A DNA stretch of 20,976 nucleotides from Catajapyx aquilonaris. Lineage: Eukaryota. Where the stretch lies: positions 124,001 to 144,976 of the forward strand of contig KZ538045.1 in assembly GCA_000934665.2 (NCBI GenBank). The letters are read 5' to 3'. The notes under the pieces are model-generated. The model made no database searches. It had not been told where the DNA came from and worked only from the letters and a program-made list of their open reading frames with translations. Shown in pieces: positions 1 to 9,564 of the stretch (its first letter is position 1; each line of letters opens with the position of its first letter). The translations under genes and the position numbers were made by a program.

Positions 1-17
1 TGTATATTTTGTAAGCT

Positions 18-34
18 TGTGTGTGTGTGTGTGT
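18..34. repeat. (TG)n microsatellite
   Basis: Run of TG dinucleotides seen directly. Confidence 0.9.
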
Positions 35-92
35 CCCCAAAAGGGCCCACGGCCCTGAGAACGGGGAATGAAAATAAATAAAATTAAAATAA
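35..92 (+). mobile_element. Solo 3' tail of a non-LTR retroelement (stem-loop + A-rich tail), copy 1
   Basis: CCCC-AAAA-GGGCC-CAC-GGCCC-TGAGAAC-GGGG-AATG-AAAATAAATAAA. Same architecture as 1873-1921, 12133-12213 and the 3' ends of both SINEs. No clear TSD. Confidence 0.6.
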
Positions 93-136
93 TAGAAAGT
101 ATAAATGTATGAGCAGCAATGTGCTGCCATGGTGTA

Positions 137-228
137 CAGTAGACTCCCAATACCACAGACTTGAAGGGACCCTGGAAATCAGTCTGCTATAACCAAGTGT
201 CTGTTATAGTTGAGGCTGTTATATCTGG
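137..228 (+). mobile_element. Degenerate Tigger/pogo-like MITE left end
   Basis: TA|CAGTAGACTCCC start followed by the repeated subterminal motif CTGYTATA. No convincing right TIR found. Confidence 0.35.
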
Positions 229-482
229 TTGGAATCGCGAGAGATGGTAACAAATTATTTTTAGTAAATGGTTTTATCTTTCTTGAAAAGTATATTTGTA
301 AGGGAAGTTACAAAACAATAATACTGTATAACTTTCAATGTCTCGTGAGTTAGTGCTAAAAATAGCCATAGCAGTTGGACAAGTATTTTGGATCACCCTG
401 TATTAAAGCAACCTGCAACAAAATGACAGAAACTGCATTTATGATAACTAGGTTTAAGCAAATAAGTTTGATGGCACATTAC

Positions 483-896
483 TTGGAGACATGCAGCATT
501 GTCAAGTTTAGTGGTGAAGCTGCCACAGTCAGCAATACTGCAACAGGGTTGGTGGTGCTTTGCCTAACTTGCATCCTGAGATCTAGGCAACAGAGGCTGG
601 GGCAGATCTCAGATAAGGAAGAAATGTTTGCTGAACTGGGAGTGATATCTGTCACTCGCCTCAGAGCCAGAACGGGGAGAGAATGCTGATTTTCACGGAT
701 GAGGGAAGGTAGGTCGCAGTACCACATATTCTTGAGTCCTGGGAGTACAGATAGTAAGTGAAGCACAGCAGAGCAGGTGGCAGGATCATGTCGTAAGATG
801 CAGTGGCATGTTGTGCGGAAGCAGTGACGCTGCGGTAGCAGAAGGCACTGCAGGGATTTGCATCTTTCGAGCTTGAGAAGACCACCTGGGGTTACC
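483..896 (-). CDS. LRR protein (BC-box/F-box-LRR-like), coding exon 3; gene continues left of the window
   Basis: Acceptor TACTTTAG|G at 897/896 (phase 2) and donor AA|GTAATG at 483/482. Encodes VTPGGLLKLERCKSLQCLLL...LLSVLPGLKNM...LSEICPSLCCLDL...LNLTMLHVS, i.e. cysteine-containing LRR patterns (CxxLxxLxL). Confidence 0.8.
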
Positions 897-1304
897 CTAA
901 AGTAAGTTCCAGTCAGAGTGACATGCTGATTCATAATGACAAGTCACCAGTACATCACAGACTTTACATGTTAGTATTCCATTACATGTGGGACATATTT
1001 ATGAAAATTCTCAATATAACCTTCTATTTTATGGTATATCTTACAAATTCATTTTAATTTCCAGGTTATGCCCTTGTAACAGGAAGTGAGGTGAAGCGAC
1101 TCTTAAGCAGTGTATTAATCACAATAACTCCATGCAATAAAATAATCTGAGTCATCTAAGGGAAATCCTCTGTAGAATCAAGAGTGCTTTCTTACTTGGG
1201 ATAATGTTCACATGTTTGAAAGCGAATATTTCAAGAGATTTTTGTACTGTAAAATATGACATCACCCATGTTCCATACATATATGTCAATAAAAGTGTAC
1301 TTGC

Positions 1305-1571
1305 CGGAATGGGCACTTCTCCACAAAGTGTGCCCAAGTGCGAAAATTAATTGGTGTGTCGGGAACCTCCAGTTCTTGCAATCGCTCACAGTTTTGTGCT
1401 ATGATTCCTAAAACCTGGTCATCTACATTGAGCTCAGAGAGTTCCAAACGGATAACATGTGGTAGGCTGGTGAGTGCTGCCAGCCAGAAAGAAGGCTTCA
1501 AGAGGCACTCCGCATCATTGGAGAAATCTGTTTTAAAGCTCCGCATCTGGTGGTGAAGTAACACAAATATC
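1305..1571 (-). CDS. LRR protein, coding exon 2
   Basis: Acceptor TTTTTAATTGCAG|G at 1572/1571; 267 nt, phase 2 in and out. Encodes FWLAALTSLPHVIRLELSELNVDDQVLGIIAQNCERLQELEV, a typical RNI/F-box-type LRR. Best phase-compatible donor is CG|GCAAGT (GC-AG). Confidence 0.8.
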
Positions 1572-1872
1572 CTGCAATTAAAAAGCTTTCTAAGAGAGCA
1601 TTTACAGGGAAGTGTCAATTTCATTGGAAAGGTTGGCACAACATGTCTTCATGACATAAGTAGCATGGGAGGGCAGTCAGAGCTCAGAGGTCAAGGCTAG
1701 TCACTGAGCCAGATATTCACTGCCAACTTATCATAATTGGCAATATTTGTCGTGAAGGATGACCACTTGTTATGTTATGTCTGGGTGTCCTTCATATAAT
1801 TATGGAAAAAGCATGCGATGTATCAGTGTATGCTGTTGATTCCCATCACGGGTGTGGAGTGATGTGAGTCCT

Positions 1873-1921
1873 TTTTTTTAATGTTTCATTTACCCCTTTG
1901 GGCCAAACTGGCCTTTTTGGG
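1873..1921 (-). mobile_element. Solo 3' tail retro-insert, copy 2
   Basis: Minus strand reads CCCC-AAAA-AGGCCA-GTT-TGGCCC-AAA-GGGG-TAAATGAAACATTAAAAAAAA. Flanked by a near-TSD GTGAGTCCT (1864-1872) / GTAAGTCCT (1922-1930). Confidence 0.6.
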
Positions 1922-2214
1922 GTAAGTCCTAGAAATATGATATGTCAGGGATGCAAGGGCTTGAAAAATTCTCAGTGAATGGGGAGGGAGGGGAGTAGGG
2001 AGGACAGAGTGAACAAAAGGGAATGCTAGAAAAGTTGCAAACTGCTGTTCTTCCTAGCTTATTTGATATGTCCCTCGATTTTGTCTTATACTAGCATGTT
2101 GGTACAAGTATTTGTACAGTAATATGGCCATTGTTAGGTTTACTGTTTCCACAATATTGCGGTACAACTGGGCCTTACACATCTATGTCATATGGCCAAC
2201 ATCAATAACTGCCA

Positions 2215-2293
2215 CAATTGAAGAGCTCATTTGCAAAAAGGCCATAGGTATCCCTATTGAATTAGGCGTTTTTGCAAACAAGCTCTTCAATTG
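2215..2293. repeat. 79-nt near-perfect inverted repeat (hairpin) in LRR gene intron
   Basis: CAATTGAAGAGCTCATTTGCAAAAAGGCC ... GGCGTTTTTGCAAACAAGCTCTTCAATTG: 29-bp arms with 3 mismatches. Confidence 0.85.
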
Positions 2294-2353
2294 AGATAGA
2301 TTACCTTGAGTAGTTGGAGAATAGTGGTATGGCACTTGGCGTGTAAAACTTAC

Positions 2354-2598
2354 ATGATTCTTGGATCAAGATCCGGTGGGTGTGGCAGAGATGTCCTCTC
2401 TTCACACAAGGTATCCAGAACAGTTGCAGGCATGGAGTCACTCAGGTAGTTGCGCAGGGATATGCATTGGATCTGGCATTCTTCTGTCTGGAATCTCCCC
2501 CATTTCTCTTGGAGCATTATGCAGGTGTTCACGATAAGGGTGGATGCACATCTCATAGAACAAGTTCTCAAGGACTTGGGATGCTTTTTGACTGGCAT
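2354..2598 (-). CDS. LRR protein, first coding exon
   Basis: ATG at 2598 has an in-frame TGA two codons upstream. N-terminus MPVKKHPKSLRTCSMRCASTLI resembles the 'MPxxKxPxSL' BC-box-like starts of arthropod LRR proteins. Donor AT|GTAAGT at 2354/2353 joins in frame to exon 2 (AT|G ATA TTT). Confidence 0.8.
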
Positions 2599-3017
2599 AT
2601 TTCACATTTGAAAGTTTTCATAAATTTGGAACTTTAAGGAGGAAAGCCGCTGCAAGCTGGTCAGGAGATTGGGTTTCAAGGAAATAAGCTGCTTCAGTTT
2701 TCTCTGACTGGAGGCGGACTAGTCCAAACAGATGGTTTTGCTCCTTGACTGATTGCAACATGGGAACAACTGAATGTTAGGATGATGCAAACATACGGTA
2801 ACCTATGCAGTATACACAGTATTACTTATTCAACTAGAGAATTACAGACACATCATAAGTCTTTGTTAGTTTCTGTGCTGATAATGTTGACAGTTATTGT
2901 TGTTACTAAGCCTCTTGTTGAATTGATAATAGCACTATCATGTCACACTTACCGATTGCAAGTATAAGCCTCCTTGATGCTGGTGACCACTGCCACTGGA
3001 AGTTCACTAGTTCTCTT

Positions 3018-3380
3018 TTACCCAAAGATTTCGGTGAACACAGCAATAAACATTGCCGGAAGAAGAATGGGAAATATGATTGGCAGGAATAGGGGGAGGA
3101 GGGAGATGAAGAGGGGGAAAAGAAATCGGAGAATAGAGGTGAATACAAAGAAGAAAGGAATCAAGAGAGGAATGTAGGTAGGGTCCAGAGAAGTTACTAA
3201 AGACATAATAATGGGAAGGCTCAGGTTCAGAAAGGTTATAAGACAAGAAGGCAGGCCACAAAGCTTGATTAGTACAAGTAATGTCACTAAAATTAGGAAA
3301 CCGAAAGCCATTAATGAGCACAATCTTAACCTGGTGTAAAGGCCGAAAAAGTTTGTTGATTTAGTTAGTGTAGTTACCAT
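3018..3380 (-). CDS. Possible 120-aa very hydrophobic small ORF (unverified)
   Basis: Uninterrupted ORF with TTCCATGG start context and strong T bias at codon position 2. No recognisable family; may be a by-product of a purine-rich plus strand. Confidence 0.25.
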   Translation of the reverse strand: MVTTLTKSTNFFGLYTRLRLCSLMAFGFLILVTLLVLIKLCGLPSCLITFLNLSLPIIMSLVTSLDPTYIPLLIPFFFVFTSILRFLFPLFISLLPLFLPIIFPILLPAMFIAVFTEIFG

Positions 3381-3456
3381 GGAAGCTTCACCACTTGAAG
3401 AAACAATGACTAATACTTTTATTGTTGTTACTGTTACTGCTTATTTATTTATTTAT

Positions 3457-3463
3457 TACACTA

Positions 3464-3495
<32 letters not shown>

Positions 3496-3516
3496 ACTAC
3501 TACTACTACTACTACT
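3457..3516. repeat. Compound (ACT)n(GCT)n(ACT)n microsatellite
   Basis: Seen directly; explains the poly-L and poly-T/A ORFs in the track. Confidence 0.95.
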
Positions 3517-4828
3517 AGCAGGTTACCCGGCGTTGCCAGGGTGTATTGTGGTGTATTGTGGTAATTGTGATAGTCAAAGTAAGGGTGAGTCTACAGCAGG
3601 GATATTCAACTGGCGGCCCGCGGTCCGGATGCGGACCGCGACGCAATTTTGTCCGGACCGCGACAATATACAGGACAGTTTGAAATAGCATGATAAATTA
3701 CCAATTCATGATTTTTTTTGGAAAAAGTGCTACCAATTTCATCAAATACCCACCTATTCAAATCTCCCACATCTCACCTAAGCTCGTGTGACCTTGAACC
3801 CCCCTTTACCCCGCCCTTTACGGCTTGTTCACCTTGTGCTTACGAAATGGGCCCCCCTCCGAAATTCTTCTGCCTACGCCCCTGTATACAGGGCATCATG
3901 AAGGGCGAAAATATCTTAATATCCCCTGTCTTGATAGGCCCTTCTACCCTTGCTGCACATGTTTATATTTTCGAATATGAATCCTGTGGTACCATATAAA
4001 ATCTATATATTTTTATCCGGGGGGGGGGGNGGGTCCGGACCTTCAATGGCCCACGAAAGGTAAATACTGGACCTTGTCAGAAACTAGTTGAATACCCCTG
4101 GTCTACAGTATATCTATATTTTAGGAAGTTTGCTTGTTTATACAAGTATTTGCGTCCCATACACTCTATATACCTTAAAACTGGCCTTATGGGCAATTGT
4201 GTAGTAATTGAAAACAATAAGCCAAAGCTTTTAATTACTGTCTTGTGAAGGGCAGAATGTGATGTTCTACCATCAGTAAATAGTGCTGCAGCAATATTAT
4301 TCCTGATGATGCCACAGCCAAAGTTGTTGCACATGTTGTAAATCCATGTGCCTATTGTTAGAGGCAATTATTACTGATACTACTAAGTAGGTGAATGTAG
4401 AAATGGAAAGCCTTTGTGAAGCTTGTGCAGTTCTAGACGGAACTGTCGTTGACTGTCTGTTTCATGCTGCCTTTTAGTTCTGGCGTTTGGCAGCAGGAGA
4501 TTGTCCAAATATGCAACTCTTCTTTGGAGGCATTTGATTGAGAAACAGAAAGGGGACACTTGATATTGCCGAGAATGCAATTCTGGAACTTCTCACTTTT
4601 CAAGTTTCCATGGAGATGCCTTGTCACAGGACAGGGAGGAGGTGAGGTGTATTTGGGACCGTCTGGCCACAGGCCCTTGATGAAGATTAAGTGTAGCGGA
4701 ATTTTATGACCATGTGTCAGTAACACACCACTTCTAATACCACAACAATTTATATTATTCTTTCCTTGACACATATACTGTACCAAAATGAATAGTTACG
4801 TGTATAGAAATAAGTAAAATATAAATAG
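3515..4828 (-). mobile_element. Internally deleted Helitron (RepHel relic); 5' boundary approximate
   Basis: Minus-strand 3' end has a GC hairpin (ACCCTGGC-AAC-GCCGGGT, 3525-3542) then CTAG|T at 3518-3514. PIF1-helicase motif TLAVASSGI/IAAALFTDGRTSHSAL with a frameshift at 4248-4324. RepHel-like N-terminus MPPKKS...AKRQ../KRQHETDSQRQFRLE from 4533. Confidence 0.75.
3597..4100. mobile_element. hAT (Charlie/Buster-type) MITE nested in the Helitron
   Basis: TIRs CAGGGATATTCAACT / AGTTGAATACCCCTG; perfect 8-bp TSD GTCTACAG (3589-3596, 4101-4108); subterminal CGGACC/CGGCCCGCGG motifs; CpG retained. Confidence 0.9.
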
Positions 4829-5089
4829 GTCGACAAGCATGCCAGAATAACCAGAATTTTTTTACCTTTCTAGTCCTCCTGCTCTTGAGTGACAAATATT
4901 AAATGGCCATTTATGCTGTCATTTTGTAGACATATATTATGTCTTGCAAAGACATGATTGGGCTCAGTGATCTAGCACTTCAGTTGGAAGAAAAAAGAAA
5001 AACTAATGAGAAATTGAAATTTACTCAAATGGTCAAAAATTGAAAAAATCGGTACTGCTGTCGACAGTCTTTGCGATTGCATTGAAAAT

Positions 5090-5556
5090 CGGATGTAATG
5101 TGGAGCATGTCTATCTCCACCTACCACATAAACATCATGTCCGTGAACCTAACAGCCTCTACAAAAATTTGACTGTGCCATCGTACCCCTGTAGCCATCG
5201 TGCTCCGGTCTCCCCTACATCAGGTTGCTGGACACTAACAATGAATGAATGGTCAATGCAAAATCGTGTGGGCACTTCCACTGGATGTACCACAGATTCT
5301 GGCAGGTTATCAACGGTTATGAGGTGATCTTCCGCAACAATCACTGCATAGGTGGTGTTAATGATCTCCTCTGGCAAAACAGTCAAAAGTAAAAACTCTG
5401 ATGGGAGTCTGCAAACCTAGCTGTCTCTTTGAAAGCTGACTACTGACCCTTGCTGAATGCCTTGTACCATCGGAATACTGTGGGACACATCTTCACAATT
5501 TCTTAGCATGTCATAAGCCTCTGTCGCTGTTGTTTTCAAATGGAAGCAAAACCACC
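5090..5556 (-). pseudogene. Decayed mariner transposase (5' half)
   Basis: Frameshifted pieces FCFHLKTTATEAYDMLR, TVFRWYKAFSKGQ*S, IVAEDHLITVDNL and GTSSGSAHTILH match the order of the mariner N-terminal HTH motifs. Confidence 0.7.
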
Positions 5557-5930
5557 GACCTCCTGGTAGAGCTGAGGCATATATGAACCTAACTCTACTT
5601 CCGATGTCACCATCGCCTGGGATCCTGGAATATTCGAACAAGAATTGGTGTTCTCATACTTCAATCCATTCTTGACAAGATGCCACAAGTCCTGAACTAA
5701 TTCTCTTGGTCACATAAAAAATCAGTCAGTTTCTTTTGACTGGTTGTCGTAGTCCTCACAAATCAAGTGTCACTGTATGTGCCTGTATATGCACACTGTT
5801 AAATCTACACATTTGTCCTTTCACCAAAACCTGCGGTAGGTGATGTCACCTTAAAATATGCATTTTCGTCATTTTCTGAAAAATGGTCTATTAGCCCTTT
5901 CTCCTTATTGCCGACAATATGTCCTCTTAA

Positions 5931-6218
5931 CCCTGGAACCGTGCTGTGCCTGAAAGTTACAGCAACCGTGCCGTGGGGTCTTTTCGGACCCCATCCATAT
6001 TTTAATTTTTATTATTCTATAATACTTTTTCAATGTATTGACTATATACAATCATTCTTTGAACAATGCCTAAAATGATCGCTAATTTAAAATAAGCATG
6101 CACTTCCTGTTATATACTGTAAAAAATTGCCAAAAGTTCATTGTAGGCTAATATATTATCATTTTAATGCATTTTAATTCCTTGGGGTCCAAAAAGACCC
6201 CATGGCACGGTTCCAGGG
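5931..6218. mobile_element. piggyBac-type MITE (288 bp)
   Basis: TTAA TSD at 5927-5930 and 6219-6222; TIR CCCTGGAACCGTGC / GCACGGTTCCAGGG; subterminal IR ACCGTGCCGTGGGGTCTTTTCGGACCCCA. Confidence 0.9.
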
Positions 6219-6294
6219 TTAACTCGTCAGCTCCTGTTCTGGCATCCCTGGTTCGAATGATAAAGCATAAAGAAATTATTATTATCAACACTTT

Positions 6295-6426
6295 GGGTGG
6301 AATTATCTTCTCACTGATAGTTACTGCTAACTTAGCAGTACCATTGCCAACACTGGTACTGCGAAGTTAGCAGTAACAAGGCCGTAACCACGTGCAGTAA
6401 CTATCAGTGAGACGAAAATTCCACCC
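6295..6426. mobile_element. 132-bp PIF/Harbinger(Tourist)-like MITE, almost wholly palindromic
   Basis: 33-bp TIR GGGTGGAATTATCTTCTCACTGATAGTTACTGC (2 mismatches) plus an internal IR GTTACTGCTAACTTAGCAGTACCA / TGGTACTGCGAAGTTAGCAGTAAC. TSD imperfect (TTT/TTC). Confidence 0.7.
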
Positions 6427-6449
6427 TTCATCTTTTTTGGTGGTACGAT

Positions 6450-7330
6450 ATTTTGCTGCGAACTTGACCGACTTTACCGAACCGTAATTCACCGAGCCTT
6501 TACGGTCTCCAAGATTGCCTGATACATGTGCCGGCAGACGAATGCTCTAACTAACAGTCTAACACCACGCGGTTCTTCAGACAGTTGCTTCTGCCTCTTC
6601 AGCTACATCATCGAAACGACTACCGCCAAGGCGTAAAGAATGTGCCAGTCAAGGTTGCCAGATCATCTGAAAGATGCTGGTATTCGGCTCTCCGTACTGC
6701 TTAAGAGCCACGTCATAACAATCATCATACGTTACAAGGCAATATTATTGTAAAACACAGAAAGTACATAGTAAATATGTTTAAACATCATAATTACCTT
6801 TAAATATTTAATGGGCGTATTTTTGGTATTCCGACATGACAGTGGCAGTTCAGCAGTACATGGCACATGTACTAGACAGCAGGTGCAAGTAATGTTGTTT
6901 GGATCTGGCAACGAAATATTTGAGAGAAGTTTCCTCCCCCACCTTCTGCCTCCCTTCTTCTATCCATTTTCGCCGTCCCTCCCTCCCTCCCTGCCTCCCT
7001 CAGCACGACATCCAGGCAGGCAGACACCCAACCCGAAGAAGTCGTCGGTCTTGAACCTTGCACAGCTTGCAGGCATCGTGGTCGCCGACAGCCTAGTTGC
7101 AGCTGCATGTCTCCGGAGATTGTGGTGGGTGATTAGAGGTAGCGACGTCTGCATTGACGTAGTCGTCTCTGCTGCCCAACAACTGGGAAGCCACCAACCA
7201 GTGAGTGAGTGACGGAGGGTGGGTGTAGACGACCGACGATCTCAACGACGAATATCAACGACCAGTTGTCATATTTTGAGGTGAGCATGACCTGTTATTT
7301 GGGCGCACATTTCAGGGGCCGGAAGGGAGG
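6450..7330. promoter_or_regulatory. CpG-rich putative bidirectional promoter / first exons of the LRR gene (-) and AMOT (+)
   Basis: CpG retained here but depleted in flanking unique DNA. Candidate minus-strand donors CG|GTGAAT (~6492) and CG|GTAAAG (~6477), plus-strand donors CA|GTGAGT (7200) and AG|GTGAGC (7280), and a (CCCT)n tract at ~6977-7000. Confidence 0.55.
7140..7280 (+). other. AMOT: Putative non-coding 5' exon of AMOT (start approximate)
   Basis: CpG-rich segment ending at the strong donor GAG|GTGAGC; no usable ATG-initiated frame. Confidence 0.45.
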
Positions 7331-8875
7331 CAGGGAGAGGGAAGAAGGAATGGCAGGTCATCATCTTGGCTTTCTTGTTGGGTTGCTGAGACTAGATATG
7401 AACATGGGCTGGTGCCATTCTGCCTTGAATTGTACTGTCATGCGCAGTACTGCATTGATGGTGCCTGGTTGTTTATGGGCCTATTTGCTATCTGCCGGTG
7501 TAGTGTAAAGGGTAATGTAGTGGCGTCATGGTCTTACACTCTCCCATCAGTGTGCAGAGCTTAACACCAGAATAAATGAATGCTGTACTTATTCTATTAC
7601 CCCAGTGGTATGCCAGGCAATAAATGATAAAGAATAACATGTGAGGCAAATCACTGCAATGTGTGCCTAGGGGCACATGACTGTGTATAGTTGGTGCCTA
7701 GGGGTTGGACAATCTGGGGAATCTTGGGTGAATCATGCATTTTTTGTCAGGATGTCCAGTCCCCTTGGTCAGTGTCATGTGAGGTATGACATGGAGCTTT
7801 TTGATTACAACTCATATTAAAGTGTCCTCCTTTGTATCAATCGCAGGTTGCATTTTTACAATGGTTGCAGGTTCTGCCCATCTAATTCAATTAATGTAAT
7901 CACCCATGTCAGGCCTTAAAGTCCAGAAGTTATGGGTGTTCAGGAAAGTGTAGAGTTTCTGCTTTCTTACTGGAGGGTCTTAATACCTGCTGGAGGTTAT
8001 AGCGGTGGGACTTGCAGGATCTCAGTAATTGTTATTTCCTTCGTTTTCAGGTGGATGTATTAATAAAAAATTAGGTATGCAAGTGCAGAATTAGGATTAT
8101 TCAATAGCAGTAATGTGAGTGTCGATACAGAGAAATACAGTTACCATAAATATAAACATTAGTTTTGTAAGATGCTACATTCGGCACCTTTCCTTTCATA
8201 TTGTCTTAATAGTGTACAAAACAAACTGTTTGTCAATATAATGGAAATGTGCAAAAAGCAGTTCCACAACTGGGAAATTACATGAAATTGTCCCCCCCCC
8301 CCCTCCCTNCAAGTCCTCTGATAAACCATCACCACCCATAACAAATAAAACAAACCAAATCAAAATTAATGTCAAACTCTTCATATCCTTTCATGGCACC
8401 CAGTCCTTCAATATGCCTCAAATCTGGCAATGTTATTTCCAATGTATGGATTTGTAGTTCATTTCTTATATGATGTTTTGTGCAACAGTTTAAGGACATT
8501 ATACTAATAATGCAAATTATGAGAAGTTAAGTGTGGCACTCCATATCTGTGATAGTGTACAGAAGATTCTGACTTGGCACATTAAGTAGCTGCAAAATAA
8601 TAATCACAAAGCACATTAATAGAATGTCTTTCACTTGGAACGTCATCATGTAAGTGGAACTACAAACTTGCCAGATCACAGCCTATTATACGTATATGAA
8701 GATGAAAAAGTAATTTCATGAACAGGATGCAAGGATATGAGGTGCATGCATAGAGTGGCAATCACTGAATATTACACAATTGCAAGAGCAGTTATTGGCC
8801 ACCACTCTGCCAGAGACAAATTATAATTTTTTAGTTAATAGGGATTCAAAACAGTTTCATGCTTCTGATATGCAT

Positions 8876-9164
8876 AATAATAATAAATAATTCATACCCC
8901 GTTATCAGCTATCGGCTCTTTAGGGGGGAAGTTTGTTTTGCCTGGAACTCTTTACTTTCATTTTACTGTGCTCTTTGGGATAGGATAGGGACAGAAGGAA
9001 GCAGCTGTGGCCTATTAATTACGGAAGCAACTCCGGAATTTTTTCTGGAAGGACCGTGGGAAACCACAGAAAACCACGATCAGAGTTGCCTGCCCCGGGA
9101 TTTGATCCCAGGACCTCCCGATTAGCAGTCAGACACCATATCCCCTCCTCCAAACTGCTTTGGT
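8876..9164 (-). mobile_element. tRNA-derived SINE (Talua-like body)
   Basis: 13-bp TSD TTCTGATATGCAT (8863-8875, 9165-9177); B-box-like GGGATCAAATCC on the minus strand. Body GAAGGAAGCAGCTGTGGCCTA...GGAAACCACAGAAAACC resembles termite/orthopteran Talua-type SINEs as I recall them. Ends in a structured tail and (TTA)n. Confidence 0.8.
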
Positions 9165-9290
9165 TTCTGATATGCATGCTTTGAAGTAGGGACCTTAAAT
9201 ATAGGAACTAATGAGAGTTTTGTGAAGCATGAGTTGCCTATCCAAATCATAAGAAAACTTCACTGTTCTATGCAGGAGAATTGTGCATGT

Positions 9291-9307
9291 GCACACACAC
9301 ACACACA
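9291..9307. repeat. (CA)n microsatellite
   Basis: Seen directly. Confidence 0.85.
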
Positions 9308-9564
9308 AACAAAAGAACAGAAAATAGTTTCCTTCTCATCTATTATGTATAACAGACTGTGTCAAAACTGACACTAAATGACACTATGACAGTAAGATAT
9401 GAAGTGTGCTGCCATATTTTTAAATATGTGGAACTGTGACAGCAGATCTTGTAATTAAGAGCAATAGATGAAAGGGATAAATCACGAGGATGTGGCCGGT
9501 CACTGTAAAGTTTCACCTATTTGGGAAAAAACATGATAAGTTACATGTGTCTTAGATCTTTTTC

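Noticed and set aside
56..75. CTGAGA...GAAA resembling a hammerhead ribozyme core
   Set aside because: Helices I-III cannot be formed around the core, and the motif is absent from sister copies of the tail.
375..689. Plus-strand 104-aa ORF (and 1338-1556, 2380-2637)
   Set aside because: Antisense shadows of the minus-strand LRR exons; no recognisable motifs.
3379..3688. Poly-Leu and poly-Thr/Ala ORFs
   Set aside because: Translations of the (ACT)/(GCT) microsatellite running into Helitron and hAT ends.
5159..5641. Minus ORFs of 75 and 74 aa as host genes
   Set aside because: Frameshifted mosaics of a dead mariner transposase.
6811..7508. 133-aa and 99-aa plus ORFs in the CpG-rich block
   Set aside because: Low-complexity, GC-driven open frames crossing a splice donor; no similarity to AMOT or any family I recognise.
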